64,000 nucleotides of DNA from NCBI GenBank assembly GCA_963765205.1, contig CAVXVB010000005.1, positions 128,001 through 192,000 on the forward strand. Direction: 5' to 3'. Below, in pieces: positions 17,012-24,899 of the stretch. The notes beneath the pieces are model-generated. The model was not told where the DNA came from. It did not search any database and saw only the letters and a list, made by a program, of their open reading frames with translations. This stretch comes from an uncultured Verrucomicrobiae bacterium (GTDB lineage Bacteria > Verrucomicrobiota > Verrucomicrobiia > Opitutales > JABDGR01). The position numbers and the translations under genes were made by a program. Numbering within the stretch: the stretch's first letter is position 1; the number at the start of each line of letters is the position of its first letter.

Positions 17012-19258
17012 ATGACCGACGACTCCTGGGTCGCCGGGCTGGCGGCGTTTCTGGAGACTCAGGAGAATGTCGAGGCGCTGGTGGTGGAACCCGGCAAGCG
17101 CCGCATTTCCGTGGCGACGCTCGGCCCGGTGGACGAGGCCCGGCTGCGCGCTCGCCTGGCCGAGACCCTGCGCATCCTCGAAGCCACCCACGATCACAAG
17201 GCCGCCAATACGCTCCCGCCCGGCATGAAGGTGCGCCGTGACGCGGGCCAAATGACGCTCGAAAAGGGCGAGTTATGCACCACGGCGACCCACTTTCGCC
17301 GCTGGCGCGACATTCCCTGGCCGGAAATCGGCCAGACCCGTGCCTACGAAACCGGCGAGGATTGGAAGCTGCTCGCCGGGTTGGCCGGCGCGTGTTTTGT
17401 GTTGCTGATGGCCGGATTTTTTGCCGGGCAATTCGCCCCGGAGGTGCGCTGGCTCGGCCCCGCGCTGTTCATTGCCGCCATGCTCACCGGCGGCTGGGAC
17501 GCCTTTGTGGATTCGCTCGACGGCCTGAAACACCTCCAGGTGGACATCCATTTCCTGATGCTCGCCGTGGCCGCGGGCGCGAGCGCCATCGGGCATTTCG
17601 GCGAGGGCGCGCTGTTACTGTTCTTATTTTCCACCTCCGGCGCGCTCGAGGAATTTGCGCTCCACCGCACCCGCCGCGCGATTGACGCGCTCTTCCGCGC
17701 CGCGCCCAAGACCGCCCGCCGCGAAAAACCCGGCGGCGGCGAGGAAATCGTGCCGGTGGACGACGTGCGCCCGGGCGACATCCTGCTCGCGCGCGAGGGC
17801 GACGCCTTTCCCGTGGACGGCGAAATCCTCTCCGGCAAGACCGCCGCCGACGAGTCAAACCTCACCGGCGAATCCACGCCGGTCGAGAAGCTGCCGGGCG
17901 ACCCGGTTTATTCCGGCACGCTCAATTTGTGGGGCGCGGCGCGGTTCCGCGCGACGGCGGCCGCGGCGGAAAGCTCGCTGCAAAAAATCATCCGCCTCAT
18001 CCAGGACGCGCAGCACCTCAAGGCTCCGAGCCAGCGCTTCACCGACAAATTTGGCACGCCCTACGCGCTGGGCATCCTGGCCACCTCCGCCACGTATTTT
18101 TTGTTCTGCTGGTTCGTGCTCAAAGTGCCGCCGTTTCAAAACAACGGGCTGTATTACTCGGCGTTTTACCGCGCGATGACGTTGCTGGTCGTGGCCAGCC
18201 CCTGCGCGCTGGTGATCTCGATCCCCTCGGCGATTCTCGCGGCCATCGCCTGGGGTGCGCGGCGCGGCATCCTGTTCCGCGGCGGCGCGGCGCTCGAAAA
18301 GCTCGCGGGCGTGGACGTCGTCGCGCTTGACAAGACGGGCACGCTCACGACCGGCGAACTCGTGGTCGAGCGCGTCGAGAGTTTTCCGTCCGGGCGCGAG
18401 GACGACGTGGCGGCGCTGGCGCAGGCGCTCGAACAGGAGGCGAACCATCCGCTGGCGCGCGCGATTGTGCGCCATGGCCGCGACCGCAATTTGCCGGCGC
18501 GCGTGGTGGAGAAGTTTCGCGCCATCACCGGCCAGGGCGTGCAGGGCGAGGTGGACCACGCGCGGTGCTTCCTCGGCCGGCGCGAGCTGGTCGAGCGGGG
18601 GCCGCTGGGCGAGTGGGCCAAGTCGCTGCCGCTGCCGCCACCGGAGTTTGCGGAAGTGTGGCTGGTGTCGGAGAACCTGCTCGGGCGGCTGCTCCTGCGC
18701 GACCAGATTCGCACGCAGTCCGCGCCCGTGCTCGCGGCGCTGAAGGCCGCGGGGCTGCACACCGTCATGCTCACCGGCGACCGGCGCGAAACCGCCGAAG
18801 CGGTCGGCAGGCAGATCGGCCTCGCCGAAGTGCGCGCGGGGTTGGCGCCCTCGGACAAGGTCGCGGTGCTGCGCGAATACAAGGCCCGGGGAAAAACCGT
18901 GGCGATGGTCGGCGACGGCGTGAACGACGCGCCCTGCCTGGCGGCGGCGGACGTGTCGGTCGGCATGGGCGCGCGCGGCAGCGACGCCGCGCTCGAGCAG
19001 GCGGAAATCATCCTCATGGGCGACCGCATCGAATTATTTCTGGACGCGTATCACCTCAGCCAGCGCACGCGCAGAATCATCCATCAAAACCTGATCGTCT
19101 CCCTCGGCACGATTGCGGTGATGGTCGGCGCGTCGCTGCTCGGCATCGTCCCCATCACCCTCGGCGTCGTCGCCCACGAAGGTTCGACCGTCGTGGTGTG
19201 TTTGAATTCGTTGCGGTTGTTGTGGGCGGGGGAAACTCATCGAGAATCCAAAGCATAG
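17012..19258 (+). CDS. Heavy-metal P-type ATPase, P1B-4 type
   Basis: TGES, SPC (ASPCALVIS), DKTGTLT, NHPLA, GDGVND, HEGST; alternative starts at 16985 and 17003. Confidence 0.93.
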   Translation: MTDDSWVAGLAAFLETQENVEALVVEPGKRRISVATLGPVDEARLRARLAETLRILEATHDHKAANTLPPGMKVRRDAGQMTLEKGELCTTATHFRRWRDIPWPEIGQTRAYETGEDWKLLAGLAGACFVLLMAGFFAGQFAPEVRWLGPALFIAAMLTGGWDAFVDSLDGLKHLQVDIHFLMLAVAAGASAIGHFGEGALLLFLFSTSGALEEFALHRTRRAIDALFRAAPKTARREKPGGGEEIVPVDDVRPGDILLAREGDAFPVDGEILSGKTAADESNLTGESTPVEKLPGDPVYSGTLNLWGAARFRATAAAAESSLQKIIRLIQDAQHLKAPSQRFTDKFGTPYALGILATSATYFLFCWFVLKVPPFQNNGLYYSAFYRAMTLLVVASPCALVISIPSAILAAIAWGARRGILFRGGAALEKLAGVDVVALDKTGTLTTGELVVERVESFPSGREDDVAALAQALEQEANHPLARAIVRHGRDRNLPARVVEKFRAITGQGVQGEVDHARCFLGRRELVERGPLGEWAKSLPLPPPEFAEVWLVSENLLGRLLLRDQIRTQSAPVLAALKAAGLHTVMLTGDRRETAEAVGRQIGLAEVRAGLAPSDKVAVLREYKARGKTVAMVGDGVNDAPCLAAADVSVGMGARGSDAALEQAEIILMGDRIELFLDAYHLSQRTRRIIHQNLIVSLGTIAVMVGASLLGIVPITLGVVAHEGSTVVVCLNSLRLLWAGETHRESKA

Positions 19259-19270
19259 ATTTTAAAATAT

Positions 19271-19969
19271 ATGCCAAAAAACACACAAGGGTTTATGATA
19301 GGAAACAACTATCCGCTTTTCATTAGCAAAGCTCGGCAGGCGGCAGCTAGCGGAAATCATTCTTTAAACACGCACAATAATTTCGGGATCGACGCGCTAT
19401 TTTTCAGTGCGACCGCATTGGAGGCATTCATTAATGATTATCCTGTCTTGATCAAACCGTTTTTGGTGTATGAAGCAGAAAAAGGTAAACAACCTGAATG
19501 TATAAAATTGGCGTTTAATCTCTTGTGTGAATTAGAAGAGCAACGAGCGAGCACCAAGACAAAATTTGAACTTCTTCATTATATTCTGACTGGTAAAGCA
19601 TTCGACCATGACTTACAGATTTATAAAGACTTGATTTTTTTATTCGAACTTAGAAACGAAATAGCCCATCCAAAGGTCAGAAATATCAGTCTTAAAAAGG
19701 ACGAATTTGAAATCGACGAAACAGCACAACTTCAGAGTGTTAAAGCGCGCTTACAATCTCGCAATCTTTTATCGGGGCATGAAAATTTCTACGGACCCCT
19801 CTACGTTATGCTTGAAGCTAAAACGGTCGCAGATTGGTCTGTTCGTCTTGCCATTGATGTAGTGAACTACTTTGTTGAGACAACGCCTGAATGCCGCTTT
19901 AAAAAAGAACTTTTGGTGAGCTACATTATTCCTGACAAAGCCAAGTATATTGCGACAGGCAAAAAATGA
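19271..19969 (+). CDS. AT-rich hypothetical protein, HEPN-like
   Basis: SATALEAFIN helix and LRNEIAH (R-x4-H) motif; low GC versus neighbours. Confidence 0.65.
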   Translation: MPKNTQGFMIGNNYPLFISKARQAAASGNHSLNTHNNFGIDALFFSATALEAFINDYPVLIKPFLVYEAEKGKQPECIKLAFNLLCELEEQRASTKTKFELLHYILTGKAFDHDLQIYKDLIFLFELRNEIAHPKVRNISLKKDEFEIDETAQLQSVKARLQSRNLLSGHENFYGPLYVMLEAKTVADWSVRLAIDVVNYFVETTPECRFKKELLVSYIIPDKAKYIATGKK

Positions 19970-20019
19970 ATCGGAATCTAAGACTTGTGTCTTAGGGCTG
20001 TGGGGAGCACGCCCCAACG

Positions 20020-20713
20020 GGCCGCGTAGCGGCCGGATGAAAATAGCCGTGGGCTTTCAGCCCACGGAATCGGTCTGGTCGGTCGGTGCGTCGCGTAGTG
20101 ACGCTTGAAGGGGCACAAAAATCGGGTTGCCGATTATCCCCATCGTGCAATGATGACACCCATGGCCAATACTTATGCGTCGCTTTTCACCCACGTCATC
20201 TTTAGCACCAAAAATCGGGAGGTTTTTATTCATCGCGATATCGAGGCGCGCGTGTGGGCGTATCTTGGCGGCATCGCCCGGGAGAATGGCTTTATCGCGG
20301 CGTGTGTCGGCGGCATCGAAAATCATGTTCATCTGCTGTTATCTTTGCCGCCCGATTTGGCGGTCAGCAAAGCGGTGCAATTGCTTAAAGGCGGTTCTTC
20401 GGCGTGGATCAAGCAGGCCTTTCCCAAGGTTCCGACTCTCCGAGATTTTGCCTGGCAGGATGGATACGCCGCGTTTTCCGTCAGCAAATCGCAGGTTGAA
20501 GAGGTTCGGCGATACATCGAGTCCCAGCGGGAGCATCATCGAGTTAAGACATTCGAGGAGGAGTATCGGGCGTTTTTATCAAAACATCAAATTGTCTGCG
20601 ACGAGAAATATTTATTGGGCTAAGTTCAAGCGTCGCTACGCGACGCTTCGTTGTCCGGGTTGGTTCCGTGGGCTGAAAGCCCACGGCTATTTTCAACCCT
20701 CGCTACGCGAGGG
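20020..20713. mobile_element. Y1 (HUH) transposase gene bracketed by about 90-bp inverted multi-hairpin REP-like ends (REPtron/IS200-like)
   Basis: Left 20020-20109 and right 20625-20713 are inverted copies sharing TGAAAATAGCCGTGGGCTTTCAGCCCACGGAA and GCGTCGCGTAG(T/C)GACGCTTGAA. Confidence 0.85.
20162..20623 (+). CDS. tnpA: IS200/IS605-like or REP-associated tyrosine transposase (TnpA Y1)
   Basis: HVIFSTKNR, HUH motif NHVHLL, WQDGY, catalytic YIESQREHH. Confidence 0.93.
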   Translation: MANTYASLFTHVIFSTKNREVFIHRDIEARVWAYLGGIARENGFIAACVGGIENHVHLLLSLPPDLAVSKAVQLLKGGSSAWIKQAFPKVPTLRDFAWQDGYAAFSVSKSQVEEVRRYIESQREHHRVKTFEEEYRAFLSKHQIVCDEKYLLG

Positions 20714-20759
20714 TAAATTAAGCGTCGTTGGTGACTATCAAAGGTTTTGCAGGCATCGA

Positions 20760-20942
20760 TTAGCGCATACGCGGGCGCAACCCCGCGGTCATTTCTCTTT
20801 CAGACTGGGCGATTTTGGCCGTGAAAGAGTCCGTTAACGCCAATTGGTCTTCCAGGACATTCTCCAACCAGTCATGGACTTGACGCATCTCGCCTGGCGA
20901 CAGATTGTTGATAGCCGACTCGATTTCCTTAACCGTGCTCAT
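20760..20942 (-). CDS. Small addiction-module antitoxin-like protein
   Basis: MSTVKEIESAINNLSPGEMRQVHDWL...KIAQSEREMTAG pattern; 60 aa. Confidence 0.55.
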   Translation of the reverse strand: MSTVKEIESAINNLSPGEMRQVHDWLENVLEDQLALTDSFTAKIAQSEREMTAGLRPRMR

Positions 20943-21025
20943 GGTTGGCACCATGGCAAAATTGGAGTCCGAAAGCAAGCACGGGGTGGCGATGTTTCAA
21001 ATGACGTTGCTACCCGCTTGATCAG

Positions 21026-21232
21026 CTAGGCCTGTGGGGCTGTTGGAGACGTGGTTGCGGAAGCAGGCACGGCCGGTTTGCCCTGGCTGGCCGCCCGGCG
21101 CTGCTCGCTGGCCGCCTGCTGTTTGGCGAGGAAGCGCTTGGTGCTCGCGAAATCCTTGGCCTTGGGGGCCCAGCCGCCGGCCATCGTGGCTTTGTTCATC
21201 GGCGGACGGTTCTGTTGGGAGGAGTTTTGCAT
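21026..21232 (-). CDS. Small hypothetical protein
   Basis: 68-aa ORF with host-like codon usage, divergent from rplY. Confidence 0.4.
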   Translation of the reverse strand: MQNSSQQNRPPMNKATMAGGWAPKAKDFASTKRFLAKQQAASEQRRAASQGKPAVPASATTSPTAPQA

Positions 21233-21339
21233 GAATCCAAGCTAAACGGCCGGTGGAATTCAGTCAAACATGTTTACGGGTAAATAGGGTGGCCAAGGCC
21301 GGCCTAAGGGTGGGTTTCCCGGCCCCCGCCTTTTAGCTC

Positions 21340-21367
21340 TTGCAATTGCGCGCGAGAGTGCTACTTT
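21340..21367 (+). promoter_or_regulatory. Putative sigma70 promoter of rplY operon
   Basis: TTGCAA-16 bp-TACTTT with extended -10 TG. Confidence 0.45.
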
Positions 21368-21430
21368 AACCCTTTTTCCCCCTTTCCAAGCGGGGGTGTG
21401 CGTATCTTTGCGCCCGCCGCCGCGCCCGCC

Positions 21431-22270
21431 ATGAAGCTGCTAAAACTTCCCGTCCACCCCCGCGCCAAAACCGGCCGCGGCCCCGCCCGCCGCCTGCGCG
21501 CGGCCAGCGAAATCCCCGCCGTCATTTACGGCAAGTCCGGCGTGCGCCACCTGACCGTCAAGGAACCCGAGTTCCGCCTGCTGATGCGCGCGGTGGCCGG
21601 CACCGCCGCCCTCGTCGAAATTTCCGACCAGACCGGCACGGCGACCCTCTCCCTCTTGCAGGAAGTCCAGCGCGATGCGCGCACCGACCATTTCGTCCAC
21701 ATTGACCTGCGCGAAGTTTTCGCCAACGAACCGATGCGCGCGGGCGTGCCCGTGCGCGTCTTCGGCGAGTCCATCGGCGTGAAGCTCGAAAGCGGCATCA
21801 TCGAAGTCAGCCGCCACGAGTTGTTTGTGCGCTGCCTGCCCAAGGATTTGCCCGACATTATTTCCGTGGATGTGTCCGATCTGCACGCCGGCCACTCCAT
21901 CCACGTCAGCGACCTCAAGCCGATTCCCGGGGTGACTTTTGCCGACCGCGCCGACGAAGTGGTGGTCGCCTGCGTCGTTCCGAAGGTCGAGGAAGAACCC
22001 GTCGCCGCCGAAGCCGTGCCTGTCGAGGGCGAGGCCGCCGCGACCGCCGAAGGCGCGACACCCGCCGAGGGCGAAGCCGCCAAGCCGGGCGACGCGAAAG
22101 CCGCCGGCGCCAAGGGCGCTGCTCCCGCCGCCGGTGCCAAAGGTGCCCCTGCGGCTGGCGCCAAGGGTGCCGCTCCCGCCGCTGGCGCGAAGGGTGCCCC
22201 TGCTGCTGCGCCCGCCAAAGGTGCTCCGGCCAAGGGTGCTCCCGCCGCGAAACCCGCCGGCAAAAAATAA
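21431..22270 (+). CDS. rplY: 50S ribosomal protein L25/Ctc with Ala/Pro/Lys-rich tail
   Basis: ARRLR..IPAVIYG, HIDL, PVRVFGESIGVK, LPKDLPDII.VDVSDL. Confidence 0.95.
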   Translation: MKLLKLPVHPRAKTGRGPARRLRAASEIPAVIYGKSGVRHLTVKEPEFRLLMRAVAGTAALVEISDQTGTATLSLLQEVQRDARTDHFVHIDLREVFANEPMRAGVPVRVFGESIGVKLESGIIEVSRHELFVRCLPKDLPDIISVDVSDLHAGHSIHVSDLKPIPGVTFADRADEVVVACVVPKVEEEPVAAEAVPVEGEAAATAEGATPAEGEAAKPGDAKAAGAKGAAPAAGAKGAPAAGAKGAAPAAGAKGAPAAAPAKGAPAKGAPAAKPAGKK

Positions 22271-22336
22271 TCTTTTCACCGCGCTCGCCACGGGTGGACA
22301 CCCGCGGCGAATCCGGCGCGCATCGTTCTTTGAGAC

Positions 22337-22915
22337 ATGTCCATCGCCGTCATCGCCGGCTTGGGGAATCCGGGCGCGGAATATTTCCGCACCCGGCACA
22401 ACCTCGGCTTTTGGCTGGTCGTGGCCCTGGCCCGCGAGGCCGGTGCCGCGTTTCGCGTGGAGCCGCGTTTTCAGGCGGAAGTCGCGCGGGCCGATTTTGC
22501 GGGCCGCGCGGTCTGGCTGCTTAAGCCGCTAACGTTCATGAACGACAGCGGCGCGGCGGTCGGCCCCTTCCTCCATTTCCACAAAGTGCCTCCTGCGGCG
22601 CTGGCAGTCGTCCATGACGACATCACGCTGCCGCTGGGCCGGATGAAAATCACCGTCCGCGGCAGCGCCGGCGGCCACCACGGCATCGCGAGCCTCCTGG
22701 CGCACGTCGGCGACGGTTTCGCCCGCGTCAAGCTCGGCATCGGCGGCAAGCCCCATCCCGCCATGGATTTGGCCGACCACGTCCTCAGCCGCCTGACCTC
22801 GGAGGAGGAAGCCGCCCTCGCCGCGCGCCAGCCCGATTTTCTGTCCGCCCTGCGCCTGTTAATCGCCGAAGGCCCGGACGCCGCGATGAATCAAGTCAAC
22901 GGAAGTAAGAAGTAA
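22337..22915 (+). CDS. pth: Peptidyl-tRNA hydrolase
   Basis: GLGNPG..Y..TRHNLGF, KPLTFMNDSG, VHDDI, GSAGGHHG. Confidence 0.96.
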   Translation: MSIAVIAGLGNPGAEYFRTRHNLGFWLVVALAREAGAAFRVEPRFQAEVARADFAGRAVWLLKPLTFMNDSGAAVGPFLHFHKVPPAALAVVHDDITLPLGRMKITVRGSAGGHHGIASLLAHVGDGFARVKLGIGGKPHPAMDLADHVLSRLTSEEEAALAARQPDFLSALRLLIAEGPDAAMNQVNGSKK

Positions 22916-23098
22916 GAATTAGGATTTAAGAAGTAAAACCCAAGACTCCAACCCAGCACCCAACCACTTTCCACCACCCGCAACTTGCCCCGGGCAACTT
23001 GTCGCCCCAACCTGCAACCTTTCAACCTGCAACCTGCACCGTCCCCGCCCAACTCGAAACTAAAAACTAAAAACTCGAAACTCGAAACTCGAAACTAA
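22901..23098. repeat. Stack of three heptamer arrays (AAGTAAG, CAACCTG, AACTCGA families)
   Basis: Arrays at 22901-22938, about 23008-23040 and 23051-23098 between pth and rpsF. Confidence 0.85.
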
Positions 23099-23106
23099 TT
23101 TTCCCC

Positions 23107-23406
23107 ATGTCCAAACCCGCCAACCGCACCTACTCCGCGACCTTCCTGCTCGACACCCGCGGCTACACCGAACCGGTGGACACGCTCGTGGCCAAAATGC
23201 GCGACGCCATCATCGCCATCCAGGGCGAAGTCACCAAAGTCGAGAACCACGGCCAGCGCGAGTTCCAGCGCCCCCCCTCGCGTGCCTACCCGAACGGGAT
23301 TTTCGTCACGTTCAATTTCACCGGCCCGATCTCGGCCCCCGCCGCCCTGCGCGAAAAAGTCCGTCTCGACCCCCACGTCAACCGCCTCCTCGTCCAATCC
23401 GCTTAA
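23107..23406 (+). CDS. rpsF: 30S ribosomal protein S6
   Basis: 99 aa, RTYSATFLLD...GEVTKVENHGQREF...VNRLLV; position before ssb. Confidence 0.9.
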   Translation: MSKPANRTYSATFLLDTRGYTEPVDTLVAKMRDAIIAIQGEVTKVENHGQREFQRPPSRAYPNGIFVTFNFTGPISAPAALREKVRLDPHVNRLLVQSA

Positions 23407-23922
23407 ATGGCCTCCTTCAACAAAGTCATTTTGATGGGCAACCTCACGCGCGATCCCGAGATGCGCGTGACGCCCGGCGGCATGGCCATTTGCAAGTTCA
23501 CCGTGGCCTGCAACCGCAAGTTCAAGATGCAAAATGGCGAGGAGCGCGAGGACGTCGCCTTCATTGACGTGGATTCTTTCGGCAAACAGGCCGAAGTGAT
23601 CGCCAAGTATTTCACCAAAGGTAAGCCCATCTTGCTCGAAGGCCGCTTGAAGCTGGACAAGTGGGAGGACAAAACCACCAAGGAAAAACGCAGCAAACTC
23701 GGCGTCGTGCTTGAAACCTTCACTTTTGTCGGCGGCGGTCGCGGTGAAGGCGGCGAACCCGGCGGCGAATCCGCTGGCGGCGAACCCCCCCCCGCCGGCG
23801 CGAATTACGACGATTCCGCCCCCCCCGCCCGCCCCGCGCCCCGCGCCGCGGCCGGCTCACCCCCCCCCTCCCCCCGCCCCCCCCCCCCCGCCGACCACAT
23901 TGACGAAGACGTGCCGTTCTGA
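23407..23922 (+). CDS. ssb: Single-stranded DNA-binding protein
   Basis: NKVILMGNLTRDPE, acidic tail DEDVPF. Confidence 0.97.
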   Translation: MASFNKVILMGNLTRDPEMRVTPGGMAICKFTVACNRKFKMQNGEEREDVAFIDVDSFGKQAEVIAKYFTKGKPILLEGRLKLDKWEDKTTKEKRSKLGVVLETFTFVGGGRGEGGEPGGESAGGEPPPAGANYDDSAPPARPAPRAAAGSPPPSPRPPPPADHIDEDVPF

Positions 23923-23936
23923 CCGAAATTAAAATC

Positions 23937-24083
23937 TACCCCGGATGACACGGATTCGAGAATTCGCCACCTCTGCTTTACCCGCGAAATCCGCAGTCAA
24001 ACACCAAGCACTAAAACACCAAGCACCAGAACACTTCGTCTTGTCCCTTATTTCTTACTTCTTAATTCTTACCTCTTAATTCC
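23937..24083. repeat. Stack of repeat remnants (CACGGAT, CACCAAG, TTCTTAM families)
   Basis: About 23937-23997, 24000-24035 and 24047-24083; the last is the inverted complement of 22901-22937. Confidence 0.8.
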
Positions 24084-24089
24084 TTTCCC

Positions 24090-24797
24090 ATGTCCCACTC
24101 CGAAATTCTCCTTCTCAAACCCATTGACGGCCTCGGCGGCGAGGGCGACCTCGTCCGCGTCCGCGCCGGTTACGCGCGCAATTTCCTGCTCCCGCAGCAC
24201 TTCGCTGTGCCCGTCACGCAGGCCAACCGCAAGCACATCGAGTCCCTCAAGGGTCGCCGCATCGTGCGCGAGGCCACGGAACTCACCGGCGCGCGCGAAC
24301 TGGCCGAGCGCCTGAAAGGCGTGGCCGTGGCGTTCGCGGTCAAGACCGGCGAGGGCGGCAAAATGTTTGGCTCCGTCACCCAGGGCGACCTGCACGCGAA
24401 GCTCACCGAGCAGGGCTACGTGCTGGAAAAGAAGCGCGTCCACATCGCCGGCGGCCATGTCAAGACCCTCGGCAAGCACGAGGCCACCATTAAGCTCCAC
24501 CCCGAAGTCACGGTTGAAATTTCTTTTGAAGTCGTGTCCGAGAACCCGATTGTCGAGACCAAGGCCGCCGAAGCGCCCCCCGCGCTGGACAAAGACGGCA
24601 AGCCCCGCAAACCCCGCCGTAGCTACGAGGAAAGCGCCGCGCCCCAGAAGGAGCGCAAGAGCGCCGTCGAAATGCTCCTCGACTCTCTCGGCACCGCCCC
24701 CGCCGCCGAAAAACCCGCCGCCGGCGACGACAAAACCAAGAACAAGGGCAAAAAGAAAAAGACCAAAGGCAAGTCCAAGGGCGGCGACAGCGAGTAG
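24090..24797 (+). CDS. rplI: 50S ribosomal protein L9 with Lys-rich C-terminal extension
   Basis: GLGGEGDLVRVRAGYARNFLLP, GKMFGSVT, VKTLGKH. Confidence 0.96.
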   Translation: MSHSEILLLKPIDGLGGEGDLVRVRAGYARNFLLPQHFAVPVTQANRKHIESLKGRRIVREATELTGARELAERLKGVAVAFAVKTGEGGKMFGSVTQGDLHAKLTEQGYVLEKKRVHIAGGHVKTLGKHEATIKLHPEVTVEISFEVVSENPIVETKAAEAPPALDKDGKPRKPRRSYEESAAPQKERKSAVEMLLDSLGTAPAAEKPAAGDDKTKNKGKKKKTKGKSKGGDSE

Positions 24798-24899
24798 GCT
24801 CAGGCGGGAAGTGTGAAGCGTGGAGGGTGAAATGTGGAGTTGCGGGACTTCGATTCCGGCTCGCCACGGTAGTGCATTGCGTTACAACAGAACGCATCC

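Noticed and set aside
20624..20760. TnpB/IscB or omega-RNA next to tnpA
   Set aside because: No RuvC/zinc-finger ORF follows; the downstream DNA is the inverted REP-like end
21440..22399. Long antisense ORFs over rplY (and similar over bamA, leuS, fabF, yidC)
   Set aside because: Expected shadow ORFs in high-GC coding DNA; the sense strand has clear family motifs
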